From positions 1 to 34,284 of the IMG/VR virus record IMGVR_UViG_3300033513_000451: 34,284 nt of DNA; one strand, 5' to 3'. A program made the position numbers and the translations under genes. Positions within the stretch are counted from its first letter, which is position 1. Each line of letters starts with the position of its first letter. The DNA comes from a virus. Lineage: Duplodnaviria; Caudoviricetes. Shown piece after piece: positions 9,711-18,600 of the stretch. The notes under the pieces were generated by a model, which worked only from the letters and a program-made list of their open reading frames with translations, was not told the origin of the DNA and did not search any database.

Positions 9711-10048
9711 GTCTCGGCCAGCCCTTCCTCGTTGAGTCCGTTGATCTCCATGGCCTTCTTCTGGAGGCGCATGATCGCGCGCAGGGCCTTCTTCTTGAGC
9801 AGCCCGACCTGTTCCTCCGTGAAGAGGCGCGTGAGGCCGTCCTCCTTGACCGCGCACATCGCCACGACCTTGATCGCCGCGCCGGTCTTGTCCTTCGAGA
9901 CGATACTGACGAACTGCTCCGCCTCCTCGCCCGACATGGGGCGGAGCCGCACGACCCCGCCCCACTCGGGCACGTCGACCTCGGCGATCTTGATGTCCTC
10001 GACAGCGAGGATCTCCTCCGCCGACAGGAACCGCTTCTCTTCGCTCAC
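9698..10048 (-). CDS. Tail assembly chaperone (gpG-like)
   Basis: LSAEEIL..EDIK..EVDVPEWGGVVRLRPMSG; ends KN-A; lies between tail tube and tape measure. Confidence 0.88.
   Translation of the reverse strand: MSEEKRFLSAEEILAVEDIKIAEVDVPEWGGVVRLRPMSGEEAEQFVSIVSKDKTGAAIKVVAMCAVKEDGLTRLFTEEQVGLLKKKALRAIMRLQKKAMEINGLNEEGLAETKNA
9704..9710 (-). promoter_or_regulatory. Programmed -1 ribosomal frameshift heptamer A AAA AAC
   Basis: ACA AAA AAC GCC TGA ends the gpG ORF; the -1 frame continues KRLKRGGMRRFAY to 9315. Confidence 0.85.
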
Positions 10049-10082
10049 CTCTCCCTCCTTCCCTTCCGATCTAGGGCGCTGC

Positions 10083-10502
10083 CTACGCCCAGGACATGAG
10101 ACCCGTCGGGCGGATCGTGATGTCCGCCACGAGGCCGTCGTCGAGCGGGGCCGACGGTCCGATGTTGGAGACGTAGCCCGAGAACAGCCACTGCGTGCCG
10201 TCGGGGAACGTCACCTTGTAGATGTCCCGCGTCCCGTCCTCCCACGCCTTCACGAGGCCGCTCGCGCGGCCGTGCGTCGCGCCGCTCGGGACGAAGCCGA
10301 TCTGGAAGGTCATCTCCCCCTTCCGCCGGATCCCGACGACGAACGACTCCTCGATCTCGTTGTGGCTCGACGTCTCGATGGGCTTGCGGGTGAGCGGGGG
10401 CGGCGTGATGTTGCGGAGCTCGGCGATCGTCGTGAACTGCGTCGGGGTCGCCGCCGGGGCGCGCGCGATCAGCGTCCCCTGGGCCGACATGGCATCGGGC
10501 AT
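10083..10502 (-). CDS. Tail tube (major tail) protein
   Basis: AQGTLIAR, IETSSH, VGIRRKGEMTF, YKVTFPDGTQWLFSGYV, ITIRPTG (lambda gpV / Phage_tail_2-like). Confidence 0.88.
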   Translation of the reverse strand: MPDAMSAQGTLIARAPAATPTQFTTIAELRNITPPPLTRKPIETSSHNEIEESFVVGIRRKGEMTFQIGFVPSGATHGRASGLVKAWEDGTRDIYKVTFPDGTQWLFSGYVSNIGPSAPLDDGLVADITIRPTGLMSWA

Positions 10503-10515
10503 GTGCGTTTTCCTC

Positions 10516-10929
10516 CTATCCTACGGGTGTGAGCGTGCGGTTCCGGACCTGGGCAAGCGCGTCGTAGGCCGCCCTCGCCATGGCCCGAGCGGCGACGTAG
10601 GTGCTCGCGCGCACCATGACCCGCGCCGTCGGCCGCTGATACGCCGGCACGGGAGAGTTCTGGATGTAGCGTGGGCCGGGTCCCCCGACCGCGTTCACGA
10701 CGAGGTATGGACCGTCGCCCGCGGGGAGCACGGCGGCGGAGGACGAGAAGATGTTCACGCCCCACTCTCCGACTCCCTCGTCCACGAGGACGCCGACCAC
10801 CTCCTCCTCGAAGGTCTCGGAGACGGTCTTCTCGCAGGACACGCTGAAGACCACGTGCGCCCGTCCCTTGTCGTCCAGGGGCAGGTCGTACGGCTCGTTG
10901 TCCGGCACGATGGAGAGGTAGCGCGCCAT
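10516..10929 (-). CDS. Tail terminator (Minor_capsid_3-like), apparently circularly permuted
   Basis: GVG.WGVNIF, GGPGP, RPTARVMVRASTYVAARAMARAAYDAL; position before tail tube; TGATG overlap at 10929. Confidence 0.75.
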   Translation of the reverse strand: MARYLSIVPDNEPYDLPLDDKGRAHVVFSVSCEKTVSETFEEEVVGVLVDEGVGEWGVNIFSSSAAVLPAGDGPYLVVNAVGGPGPRYIQNSPVPAYQRPTARVMVRASTYVAARAMARAAYDALAQVRNRTLTPVG

Positions 10930-11360
10930 CAGGAGACCCCCACGTCCCGGCGGACCTCCGCCGCAGCCTCGGCCCCCATCGTCGGGAGCTTCTTCTGAAG
11001 TGGCTTGCGGAGGAAGCCCGACTCGCCGACCTTGTGCTGGTACCACTCGGTCTCGTGCTGCACGACGGCGTAGCCGACGTCCTTCGTGTTCGTCTTCCCC
11101 ACGTTGCCGATCCCGGCTGGCCCGCCGTAGCCGAGGACGACCAGCATCTTCTGGGGGTCCGGCTGTATGTGGCCGGAGCCGCGAAGGTGGCCGTCCTTGA
11201 CGGGGCAGTATCGCAGCTTCGAGTCCGTCATTACGAACTCGGCCTGCCGGTTGAGGGCGCGCATCGCGGCTAGAAGATACTGCTTCGCCAGCCGCTGCAG
11301 CTCGGCCAGCGCCGCGTCCATCCCCTGGATCTTGACTTCGAGCCGGTAGCGCTGCGGCAT
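10929..11360 (-). CDS. HK97 gp10-like neck / tail-completion protein
   Basis: VKIQGMDAAL..L, CPVKDGHLRGSG, YAVVQHE, FLRKPL; start overlaps the glycosyltransferase stop (TGATG). Confidence 0.85.
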   Translation of the reverse strand: MPQRYRLEVKIQGMDAALAELQRLAKQYLLAAMRALNRQAEFVMTDSKLRYCPVKDGHLRGSGHIQPDPQKMLVVLGYGGPAGIGNVGKTNTKDVGYAVVQHETEWYQHKVGESGFLRKPLQKKLPTMGAEAAAEVRRDVGVS

Positions 11361-12529
11361 CAGGCCACCCCCTCCTCTGCCGTGGCCACGGCGGCGACGC
11401 CGTCGAGGAGCGCCGCGAAGCGCCGCGCGATCGTCGGCCAGCGGTACTCCGGCCGCGCGACCAGCTCGAGGCCGCGCCGGACGTAGCCGTTCCGCACGGC
11501 CTCGCTCTCGTACAGCGCGCGGAGGGCCTCCACCGTCAGCTCCCTGTCGGGGATGCCGCCGATGGCGTTGATCGTCTGGACCGGGGTGGCTGCGAACGAG
11601 GTACACGGGATCTGCCTAGCCGCGTCACCCGTCCACTCCGCGAGCGCCGCCCACTGCGGGACGATCTGCGGCACGCCGCACGCCATGCCCTCCATCGTCG
11701 TCAGTCCCCAGCCCTCACCCTGGCTCGTTGTGAGCTGGACGTCGAAGCAGGAGTAGACGGTCGGCATGAACTCCTCGTCGATGCCCCGGCCGATCTCAGG
11801 CTGGCCCAGGATGAGCCGGCCCCAGATGCCGTGGTAGTGCATGAGCTGCGCGACGTCGTAGCCCGTCTCGCCCGTGGGCGCGACGTGGAGGTAGAGCGCG
11901 ACCTTGTCGACCCCGACGCGCCGGGCGAAGTCCGCGAAGTACTCCACCGTGAGGTCGAGCCTCTTCCGGGGCTGGTTCCGGTTGACGTTCCCGACGATGA
12001 AGGCGCCCATGAGTGGATCCGGGACCCCGGCCGTGCGCCGCGACTCGTAGCGGTCGCGAGCATGGTAGCGCGCGAGGTCGACCCCGAGCGGCAGCACCTC
12101 GGCGGACCCGAGGTAGCCGCCGGCCCGTGCCTCCTCCAGGCCGAAGCGCGTCCAGAAGATGCCGAGCGCCAGACCGTTGAGCGCGCGCCCTGACTTGCAG
12201 TTCCTCCCGTCCACGGGCATCGAGGCGACGACGGGCACCCTCGGCGGGACGCCTGCGCGGTACTCCGCCACGTTCCATGGGTCGTTCTGGATGACGACGA
12301 GGTCCGGGTTGAGCTTCTTCGCCAGCTCGCGCGTGCGGCCGACGCCGAAGCCGTCGCCCCCGGGCCAGCACGGGTAGATCGCGTAGGGCCAGGGGTGCGG
12401 ATCCCCCAGGTAGTTGATCCCGATGACGTGGACGTCCCACGTCTTCCTCAGCTCCTCCAGCATGTGGTGCGTGCAGCGGGCGAAGCCCGTCGCGACCACC
12501 GCGTCACCGATCCACAGCAACCTTCTCAC
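11360..12529 (-). CDS. Glycosyltransferase, GT-B fold (GT4-like)
   Basis: LLWIGD...TGFAR, PLGVD, VGNVNRNQPRKRLD, EGWGLTTMEGMACG (Ex7E). Confidence 0.9.
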   Translation of the reverse strand: MRRLLWIGDAVVATGFARCTHHMLEELRKTWDVHVIGINYLGDPHPWPYAIYPCWPGGDGFGVGRTRELAKKLNPDLVVIQNDPWNVAEYRAGVPPRVPVVASMPVDGRNCKSGRALNGLALGIFWTRFGLEEARAGGYLGSAEVLPLGVDLARYHARDRYESRRTAGVPDPLMGAFIVGNVNRNQPRKRLDLTVEYFADFARRVGVDKVALYLHVAPTGETGYDVAQLMHYHGIWGRLILGQPEIGRGIDEEFMPTVYSCFDVQLTTSQGEGWGLTTMEGMACGVPQIVPQWAALAEWTGDAARQIPCTSFAATPVQTINAIGGIPDRELTVEALRALYESEAVRNGYVRRGLELVARPEYRWPTIARRFAALLDGVAAVATAEEGVA

Positions 12530-12740
12530 GAAGCCCCTCCTCTTCTCTCACTCGCACGAGCGAGCCGTCGTCCTGCACTTGGTACTTGCGCCCGTCGTGC
12601 GAGGTGACGACCTCGCCCGCGCGGTTGCGAAGCACCGCCTTGACGTAGCGACCCAGCTTCTGCCGCTCCTCCTCGCGCGCCTTCTCGAACGCCCGGCGCG
12701 CGGCGAGCCGCTGCTCGGCCTCCCGCCTGCGGTCGTTCAC
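12504..12740 (-). CDS. Hypothetical small basic protein
   Basis: GAGGAG RBS before GTG 12740; fills the gap between flanking genes. Confidence 0.55.
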   Translation of the reverse strand: MNDRRREAEQRLAARRAFEKAREEERQKLGRYVKAVLRNRAGEVVTSHDGRKYQVQDDGSLVRVREEEGLREKVAVDR

Positions 12741-12750
12741 GCGACGACGC

Positions 12751-13146
12751 CTACTCCTCGGCATCGGCCACCTTCGCCTCCAGGGCCGCCACCCTCTCCG
12801 CCAGCTTGGATCTCCCCGCCAGGATGTCCGAATGACTCCGTGTGTTCTCCGCCGCGATCTCGTACAGCTTGTCCTGGAATCTGGCGAGCCGGAAGCTGAG
12901 CTTGTCGAGCTTCACCTCGGCGCTCAGGAAGACATCGCGCGCGTGACAGACCTCGCCCTCCTGCTTCTGCATCCGCATGTCCAGGTCGGCGAGGAGAACG
13001 GTGTGCTTCCCTTGAACCACCTCAATCTCACCAAACTTCTTGCGGATCACCCCGAGCATCGCCATAGTCATGAAGACTAGAGCTCCGCCCGTCAGACCGA
13101 ACAGCCAGAGGAAGAAGACGGCGTGTTGGATGACGAGCGTCTCCAC
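12751..13146 (-). CDS. Membrane-anchored coiled-coil protein (i-spanin- or holin-like)
   Basis: N-terminal hydrophobic segment AVFFLWLFGLTGGALVFMTMAMLGVI, then a heptad helix ending RVAALEAK. Confidence 0.55.
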   Translation of the reverse strand: METLVIQHAVFFLWLFGLTGGALVFMTMAMLGVIRKKFGEIEVVQGKHTVLLADLDMRMQKQEGEVCHARDVFLSAEVKLDKLSFRLARFQDKLYEIAAENTRSHSDILAGRSKLAERVAALEAKVADAEE

Positions 13147-13152
13147 ACTCTC

Positions 13153-13455
13153 CTACTTTCCGGACAGGAACTTCGGTGGAAGCCCCATCTTCTCCCGACG
13201 CTGCTCCTCCGTCTCGACCCGCTTCTCCTCGCGCTGCTCCTCCGTCCAGACTGACCGGAACGCCATGTTCTGGCGGAGGAAGGCGATCAGGTAGACGACG
13301 GCGACCTTGATCCCGATCGTCGCAACCGCGACCAGCCCCTCCTTGCTCAGGATGATGTCGTTCGGGGTCGCCCAGACAGAGTAGACTCCGGCGACGAAGC
13401 CGACGCCGAGCGCTTCGAGCGCACCGAAGATGAACGCGTGCTTCTTTGGATCCAT
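13153..13455 (-). CDS. Putative holin (2 TM helices, highly charged C-terminus)
   Basis: Two hydrophobic stretches, then TEEQREEKRVETEEQRREK. Confidence 0.55.
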   Translation of the reverse strand: MDPKKHAFIFGALEALGVGFVAGVYSVWATPNDIILSKEGLVAVATIGIKVAVVYLIAFLRQNMAFRSVWTEEQREEKRVETEEQRREKMGLPPKFLSGK

Positions 13456-13464
13456 CCCCTCACC

Positions 13465-13725
13465 TCACCACTCGAACTTGACGGAGGCCCCCATCGCGTC
13501 GCCCCAGTCGTCCCGCGTGTAGGCCGCTGCGATGGACCAGTGGCCGTCGATGCGCGCCGCGACGGCGGCGTTCCAGCCCTCCTGCGTCCTCTCGATCTGA
13601 AGGATCGCCGAGTTGCTCGTGACCGAGGCGAGGGCGGAGTCGATCGAGGCTTGGATCCGCGCGTCGGAGAAGCGTCGAACCTCGACCGCCCTCCTCAGTA
13701 CCAGTGTCTCAATGCCGGACTGCAT
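13465..13725 (-). CDS. Small protein resembling a trimeric-autotransporter (YadA-type) beta-anchor
   Basis: Helix RIQASIDSALASV, then amphipathic strands ending GASVKFEW. Confidence 0.45.
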   Translation of the reverse strand: MQSGIETLVLRRAVEVRRFSDARIQASIDSALASVTSNSAILQIERTQEGWNAAVAARIDGHWSIAAAYTRDDWGDAMGASVKFEW

Positions 13726-13737
13726 CTCCCCCCGCCC

Positions 13738-13890
13738 TCAGTGAAACAGGCCGAGCCAGACCGAGAACGCGATCAGGAAGACCCACTTCCCGACCTCGCT
13801 GAGACGCGACGCCGACGGCGGCCAGGGCACGAGCCATAGGACCAGTCCGATGATCCAGATGAGCACGACGGGTCCGATTCCGATTGTCAT
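13738..13890 (-). CDS. 50-aa two-TM membrane protein (not in the ORF track)
   Basis: MTIGIGPVVLIWIIGLVLWLVPWPPSASRLSEVGKWVFLIAFSVWLGLFH; GGAGGAGGAG RBS. Confidence 0.75.
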   Translation of the reverse strand: MTIGIGPVVLIWIIGLVLWLVPWPPSASRLSEVGKWVFLIAFSVWLGLFH

Positions 13891-13905
13891 ACGTCTCCTC
13901 CTCCC

Positions 13906-14865
13906 TCAGTGGTTGAACGGGCGCCATGGCCCACAGACCGTCTGGTTCAGCGGCAGGCACGCGCGGACCTGCGCCTTGCCGTGTGCGATCGTGAAGATCC
14001 CGGCGTTCGGACCGAACTCGTCGCGCTGTAGACCGCACTCCTTCGGGGTACCCTCGAAGCCCTTCAGCGTCGCGAGCGTGTCGCCCGAGGTCGGGGTCTT
14101 CGGGTCGTCCCGGTTGACCGTGTCCCCGAAGTGGTCGCATGAGGCGAGCGCGCTCTGGTCGTCGTGGCAGGGCCATACCTTGTAGTCGGCGAGGTACTGC
14201 CAGACCTGGCACCTCGGCCCGACCCCCTTGATCCCGACGCGCGCCCCGCCCATGACGTCCATCTCGTACGCGGCGCGCTGCGCCGGACCCGTCCAGAGCG
14301 CCGAGTCGAAGTGGCACTCGTTCACGGCCTGGCCGTGCAGGAACATGCAGAGTGCGCGGTCGCCCTTGACGATCAAGGTCGCGTCGAAGCCCTGGCCGTA
14401 CACCTTGTTGTTCAGCGTCAGGACGGCGTCCGGGATCGGGAAGCGAACCGGGTACTGCGTCGGCGGCGGGGGCTCAACAGGCACGCAGCCCTTTGCCGGA
14501 TCGGTGCAGGCTGTCCCGGTAGGACACGTCTCCGGGCAGATCGGTGAGGGCGGCGGCTTGGGCGGGCAGTTCGCCGGGTCAGTCTCGTCCTGCACCCCGA
14601 TCACCCCACCGCTCTCGTTGTAGATGGGGCAAGCGTAGACCCAGCAGCTGCCGGCCGGCATGTGCCAGCAGGAGTGATGCTGGTCCACCTCACAGGTCGG
14701 TCCTGGCGCCGGAACCTGCACGCAGCCCTGTCCCGGGTCGGTGCACGAGGTGCACGACGGGCACGTCTCAGGGCACTTCGGTGGCTCGGGCGGCTTCGGT
14801 GGGCAACTCGCCGCGATCAGCAGTGGTACCGCAAGGAGCGCCCCAACCGTCAGTCTCTTCCTCAT
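13906..14865 (-). CDS. Cys/Pro-rich exported (lipo)protein with a duplicated CPETCP module
   Basis: Signal peptide MRKRLTVGALLAVPLLIAAS-C; two CPPKPP..CPETCP...CTDP..GCV.V repeats; ATGA overlap. Confidence 0.75.
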   Translation of the reverse strand: MRKRLTVGALLAVPLLIAASCPPKPPEPPKCPETCPSCTSCTDPGQGCVQVPAPGPTCEVDQHHSCWHMPAGSCWVYACPIYNESGGVIGVQDETDPANCPPKPPPSPICPETCPTGTACTDPAKGCVPVEPPPPTQYPVRFPIPDAVLTLNNKVYGQGFDATLIVKGDRALCMFLHGQAVNECHFDSALWTGPAQRAAYEMDVMGGARVGIKGVGPRCQVWQYLADYKVWPCHDDQSALASCDHFGDTVNRDDPKTPTSGDTLATLKGFEGTPKECGLQRDEFGPNAGIFTIAHGKAQVRACLPLNQTVCGPWRPFNH

Positions 14866-14999
14866 GTCTTCCCCCCTTCCGGTGTCGGCGCCGGGGTCGG
14901 CTCGGTCGGTGGCGGCGGCGCTGGCGTCTTCGGATCGATCCAGTTCACGCTGTGGCACGCGCTCAGAAGTAGAGCGAGGATGAGCATGGCCCGCTTCAT
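14862..14999 (-). CDS. 45-aa Pro-rich lipoprotein (o-spanin-like?)
   Basis: MKRAMLILALLLSA-C lipobox, PAPPPPTEPTPAPTP; ATGA overlaps on both sides. Confidence 0.7.
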   Translation of the reverse strand: MKRAMLILALLLSACHSVNWIDPKTPAPPPPTEPTPAPTPEGGKT

Positions 15000-15271
15000 C
15001 GGCATTCCACCTTCGGGGGCGCCCCGTGCTCGACCACGTCGCGGTAGTTCACCACCCAGAGCTGATGCCCTGGCTCGACGCAGTACGGCATGCCCTTCCG
15101 TAGCACAGAGCCAGCGCACAGACCCGACTCCTGTAGCACCTCGCAGGAGACACAGAGCACCTTGACCGGCTGGCTCCCCGAGAGCGAGGCGCAGCCCTGG
15201 AAGACGAGGGTGATGCCTAGCACGGCCCCGATGGACCATGCCCACGCGAAGCGCCAGCGGTTCGTCCCCAT
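14996..15271 (-). CDS. Cys-rich lipoprotein
   Basis: MGTNRWRFAWAWSIGAVLGITLVFQG-C lipobox, five further Cys; GGGGAAGAC-ATG leader shared with the 14865 start. Confidence 0.65.
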   Translation of the reverse strand: MGTNRWRFAWAWSIGAVLGITLVFQGCASLSGSQPVKVLCVSCEVLQESGLCAGSVLRKGMPYCVEPGHQLWVVNYRDVVEHGAPPKVECR

Positions 15272-15285
15272 GTCTTCCCCTCCCC

Positions 15286-15657
15286 TCACGTCTGTCCCAG
15301 GTCACCAATGACTCGGAGCGTATCGTACGCGTAGTTCGGGAAGGTGAGCCGGGCCGCGCCCGGCCCTACCACCTCGTACTCCATGCGGTGCTCGTTGACC
15401 TTGGGCGAGAGCGGCAGGCTCGGCCCCACGGTCAGCGCGGTCCAGTCGGCCGCGGTCCAGGCGTAGCGTACGACGCCCCCCGGCCGGTCATAGATCGTCA
15501 TGGCCCGCGAGATCGTCGTCGCCCCGTCTGAGAGCCGGATGTGGAGCGTGACCGAGATCGCCCCTGTGAGGTCGTACACGGTGTCGTCCGGCTTGTGCAG
15601 CGTCACCTCCAGCACGGGGAGGACGTCGCGGTACTTCAGGTGAAAGACGCCCATCAC
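15286..15657 (-). CDS. BppU N-terminal-like Ig-fold adaptor protein
   Basis: FHLKYRDVLPVLEVTL, YDLTGA, GVVRYAW..AD, EYEV..LTFPN. Confidence 0.7.
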   Translation of the reverse strand: MMGVFHLKYRDVLPVLEVTLHKPDDTVYDLTGAISVTLHIRLSDGATTISRAMTIYDRPGGVVRYAWTAADWTALTVGPSLPLSPKVNEHRMEYEVVGPGAARLTFPNYAYDTLRVIGDLGQT

Positions 15658-18600
15658 TCCTCCCAGACCTCCGTCAGGTGCGTGTGGTACTGCGAGTCCG
15701 CCAAGGTTGTCCCGTAGGTCTCGCCGAGGCCGCTCACGGGCTCGACCCAGACCCCGGGTGGCACCATCTCGTCGGCCAGCGAGAGCGTCTCCGCGAGCTG
15801 CAGCCGGTCCCCGCCCGCGAGCTGCGCGACGAGGTCCTTGAGCGGCAGCGCCTCCCGCAGCTCCCGCGCCACGGCCGAACTGTGGACGTCCGCCAGGTCT
15901 AGTGCCTCGCTCAGCGTGCGCGAGGCGGAGCGCTGCGCGGAGTCCACGAGGTTCAGGACGTCGATGGTGTTCGCCTCGCCCGTCTTCGAGGAGTTGAATA
16001 GGCCCGCGAGCTGCGCCGTGTCCGCGAGGGAGCGCGCGACGCCGCGCGAGGGGGTCGCCGCCAGCGCGAGGGCCTCCGTGGGCACGACCGCGACGTCCCG
16101 CCGGAGCCCGTCCGCGAGGGCCAGCGACTCCTGCAGCGCGACCGCGGTCTGCTTCGCGGCCTGCGGCTGGTCGGCCAGGGTGAGGGGCTGCGCCAGGGTC
16201 CGGCCGACGCCGCGCCCGCGCGCGTCCGCGAGAGAGAGGGGCTGCGCCACGATCCGCGCCGCGTCCCTGCGGATCGCGTCCGCCGCGCCGAGCGACTGCG
16301 TGAGGACCCGGCCGACACCCCGCGTCCGAGCGTCGGTCAGCGTCAGACCTTCCGTGAAGGTCCGCGCGGCCGTGCGACCGAACACCACCTGGTCCGTCAG
16401 CACCACAGCGGCCGGCAGGCTCAGAGCCCCCGAGGACTGCGTGGAGATGACCTCGGCGAGGGCGAGTCCCTCGGTGAGGGTGCGTGCCGCGGTCCGACCG
16501 AGCGTCCTCGAGTCCGCGAGGCTCAGCACCTCAGTCCGCGCCCGCGCTTCGTCCTTCTGCACGGCGCCGCTGAGCGTCGCGGCCTCAGTCAGCGTCCTCG
16601 CCGCCGTGCGCGCCCGGGCCCACGAGTCGGTGATGAGGAGCGTCTCCGGCAGGTCCTTCTGGTAGGTCCCCTGGTGCGACAGTTCCGTCGTGACTGGCGG
16701 GTCCGTCAGGACGGGGGACTCGGTCAGCGTCCGCGCCCTCGCGCTGCTCCGCGAGAAGCTGTCCGCAAGCCCCGCGTTCTCAACGAGCGTGCGTGATGCG
16801 GCAAGAGACCGCGTCGTCGCGTCCGCCACACCCAGCGTCTCAGTCAGCGTCTTCGAGAACGAACCTTGGTGCGTGAGGTCAGTCGTCACCGCCGCATCGG
16901 TGAGCGCCAGCGACTCCGTGAAGTTCCGGACCGCTCCCTTCTGCCTCGCGACGGAGTCCGCGAGCTGGAGGCTCTGTGGGAGGTCGAGGAAGCCGGACGT
17001 GGAGAGCACGGACGACAGAGTGATCCCCTCGGCGAGCACGCGCTCTCGAACGAGGACTGGATCCGCCAGGGCCACCGTCTCCGTCAGTTCCTTGTCGTAG
17101 TGGCCCGGGATCGTGACGGCATCAGTCAGGACGAGCGTCTCGACGCAGACCTGCTGCCCCGGCAGGGTTACAGAGTCCGACAGGTGAGCCGTCTCGGAGA
17201 GGATGACGCCCGCGAGGTTCAAGGTCGCGTGCGCCAGGGCGAGCGTCTCCGTCAGCTGCTTCGCGCCCGGGTTCTTCGTCGCTCCCACGGCCGGATCGCT
17301 GAGCGCGGCCGTCTCGGAAAGGACGCGCTGCGCGTTCACCACGCGAGAGAGCGCGGGCGAGAGGACGAGCGCCTCCGTCAGGTCGACCTTGTTCCCGACC
17401 TGGAGGGAGGCCGCGAGCGTGGTCGGCTGCTGGAGGGCCCGGCTCGTGGCCCGCTGCGCCTGAGCCGTGAGCGCGAGCGTCTCTGGGAACGTTCTCGCCG
17501 CGGTCCTCCCGAGGGTCGGGCTCGCTGCGAGTGAGATGCTTTCCTGGGGGAAGAGGCCAGCGTCCCGGCGCGTCTGGTCCGCAAGCGTGAGGGCCTCTGG
17601 GAGCGTCCTGGCGGCCGTGCGCCCGAGGGTCGGACTGGCGGTGAGCGTCAGAGGTTCGGTCAGGTCCTTCGTCTTCGCGCCCGTCTTCTGCGCGTCGACT
17701 GCCGCGTCCGTCAGGACTACCGCATCCAACAGGGTCCTGGCCGCCGTGAGAGCTCGGGCGGACGAGTCGGCCAGCGGGAGCGTCTCCGCTGCGCTCCTCC
17801 CGACGTCCTTCCGTAGCTGCTCCCCCGGCGGATAGAAGGCGCCGGCCCCGTCGTTCCAGAGTGCGGCGACGTCGGCCGCGCTGAGGGCCCAACCCTCGAA
17901 GTAGCTCAGCTCATCAAGCTGGCCCTTGACGTAGTAGTCGCCCGTGACCTTCCCGACAGAGAGGCCCGTCGTCGCGGAGATGGTGGTCGGGACCGAGCCG
18001 ACGAAGGTCAGCGACTCCGCGACGCCATCGACCCAGACCTTCAACCGGTCGGGGTTCGTCGCGCCCCCACCGTCGTAGACGGCGACGATGTGGTGGTAGG
18101 CCGTCCCAGTGATCTTGTTCGCCCCGGTGTAGGCGTAGATGCTCGCGCCGAAGAGGAAGTAGACGGAGTCGTCCGCGGCGCGGACCTGGAGCGACACGTC
18201 CTCGTTCGGCGTCCCGAAGAGGTGGTTCCGACTCGCCGGCGTCGCCGCCTCGGCGAACCAGAGCGAGACGGAGAACTTGGTCAGCCCGTTCAGGCTCTTC
18301 GTCGTGTTGTCGAGGTACTGGACCGAGTTCGCGTCGAGGTCGACCGCGTTCCCATGGACGCCCGTCGCGTAGCCCGGGCTCTCGTGTTCGGTGAGATGGA
18401 CGCCACCGACGCTGTCGTGGCGCGTCCCGCTCGTCTCCTCGAACGGCCAACACGAGGAGACGTGGCTCCACGTGTCCGATGGCCCCGTCAGGTCGACCGT
18501 CTCGGCCAGGACGCAGGTGCGTCCGGCCTGTCGCGTGAACGTGTCCGCCAGGGTGAGCGCCTGCGCGATCTCCCTTGCCGCACCCAGCTGCGGCACGTCC

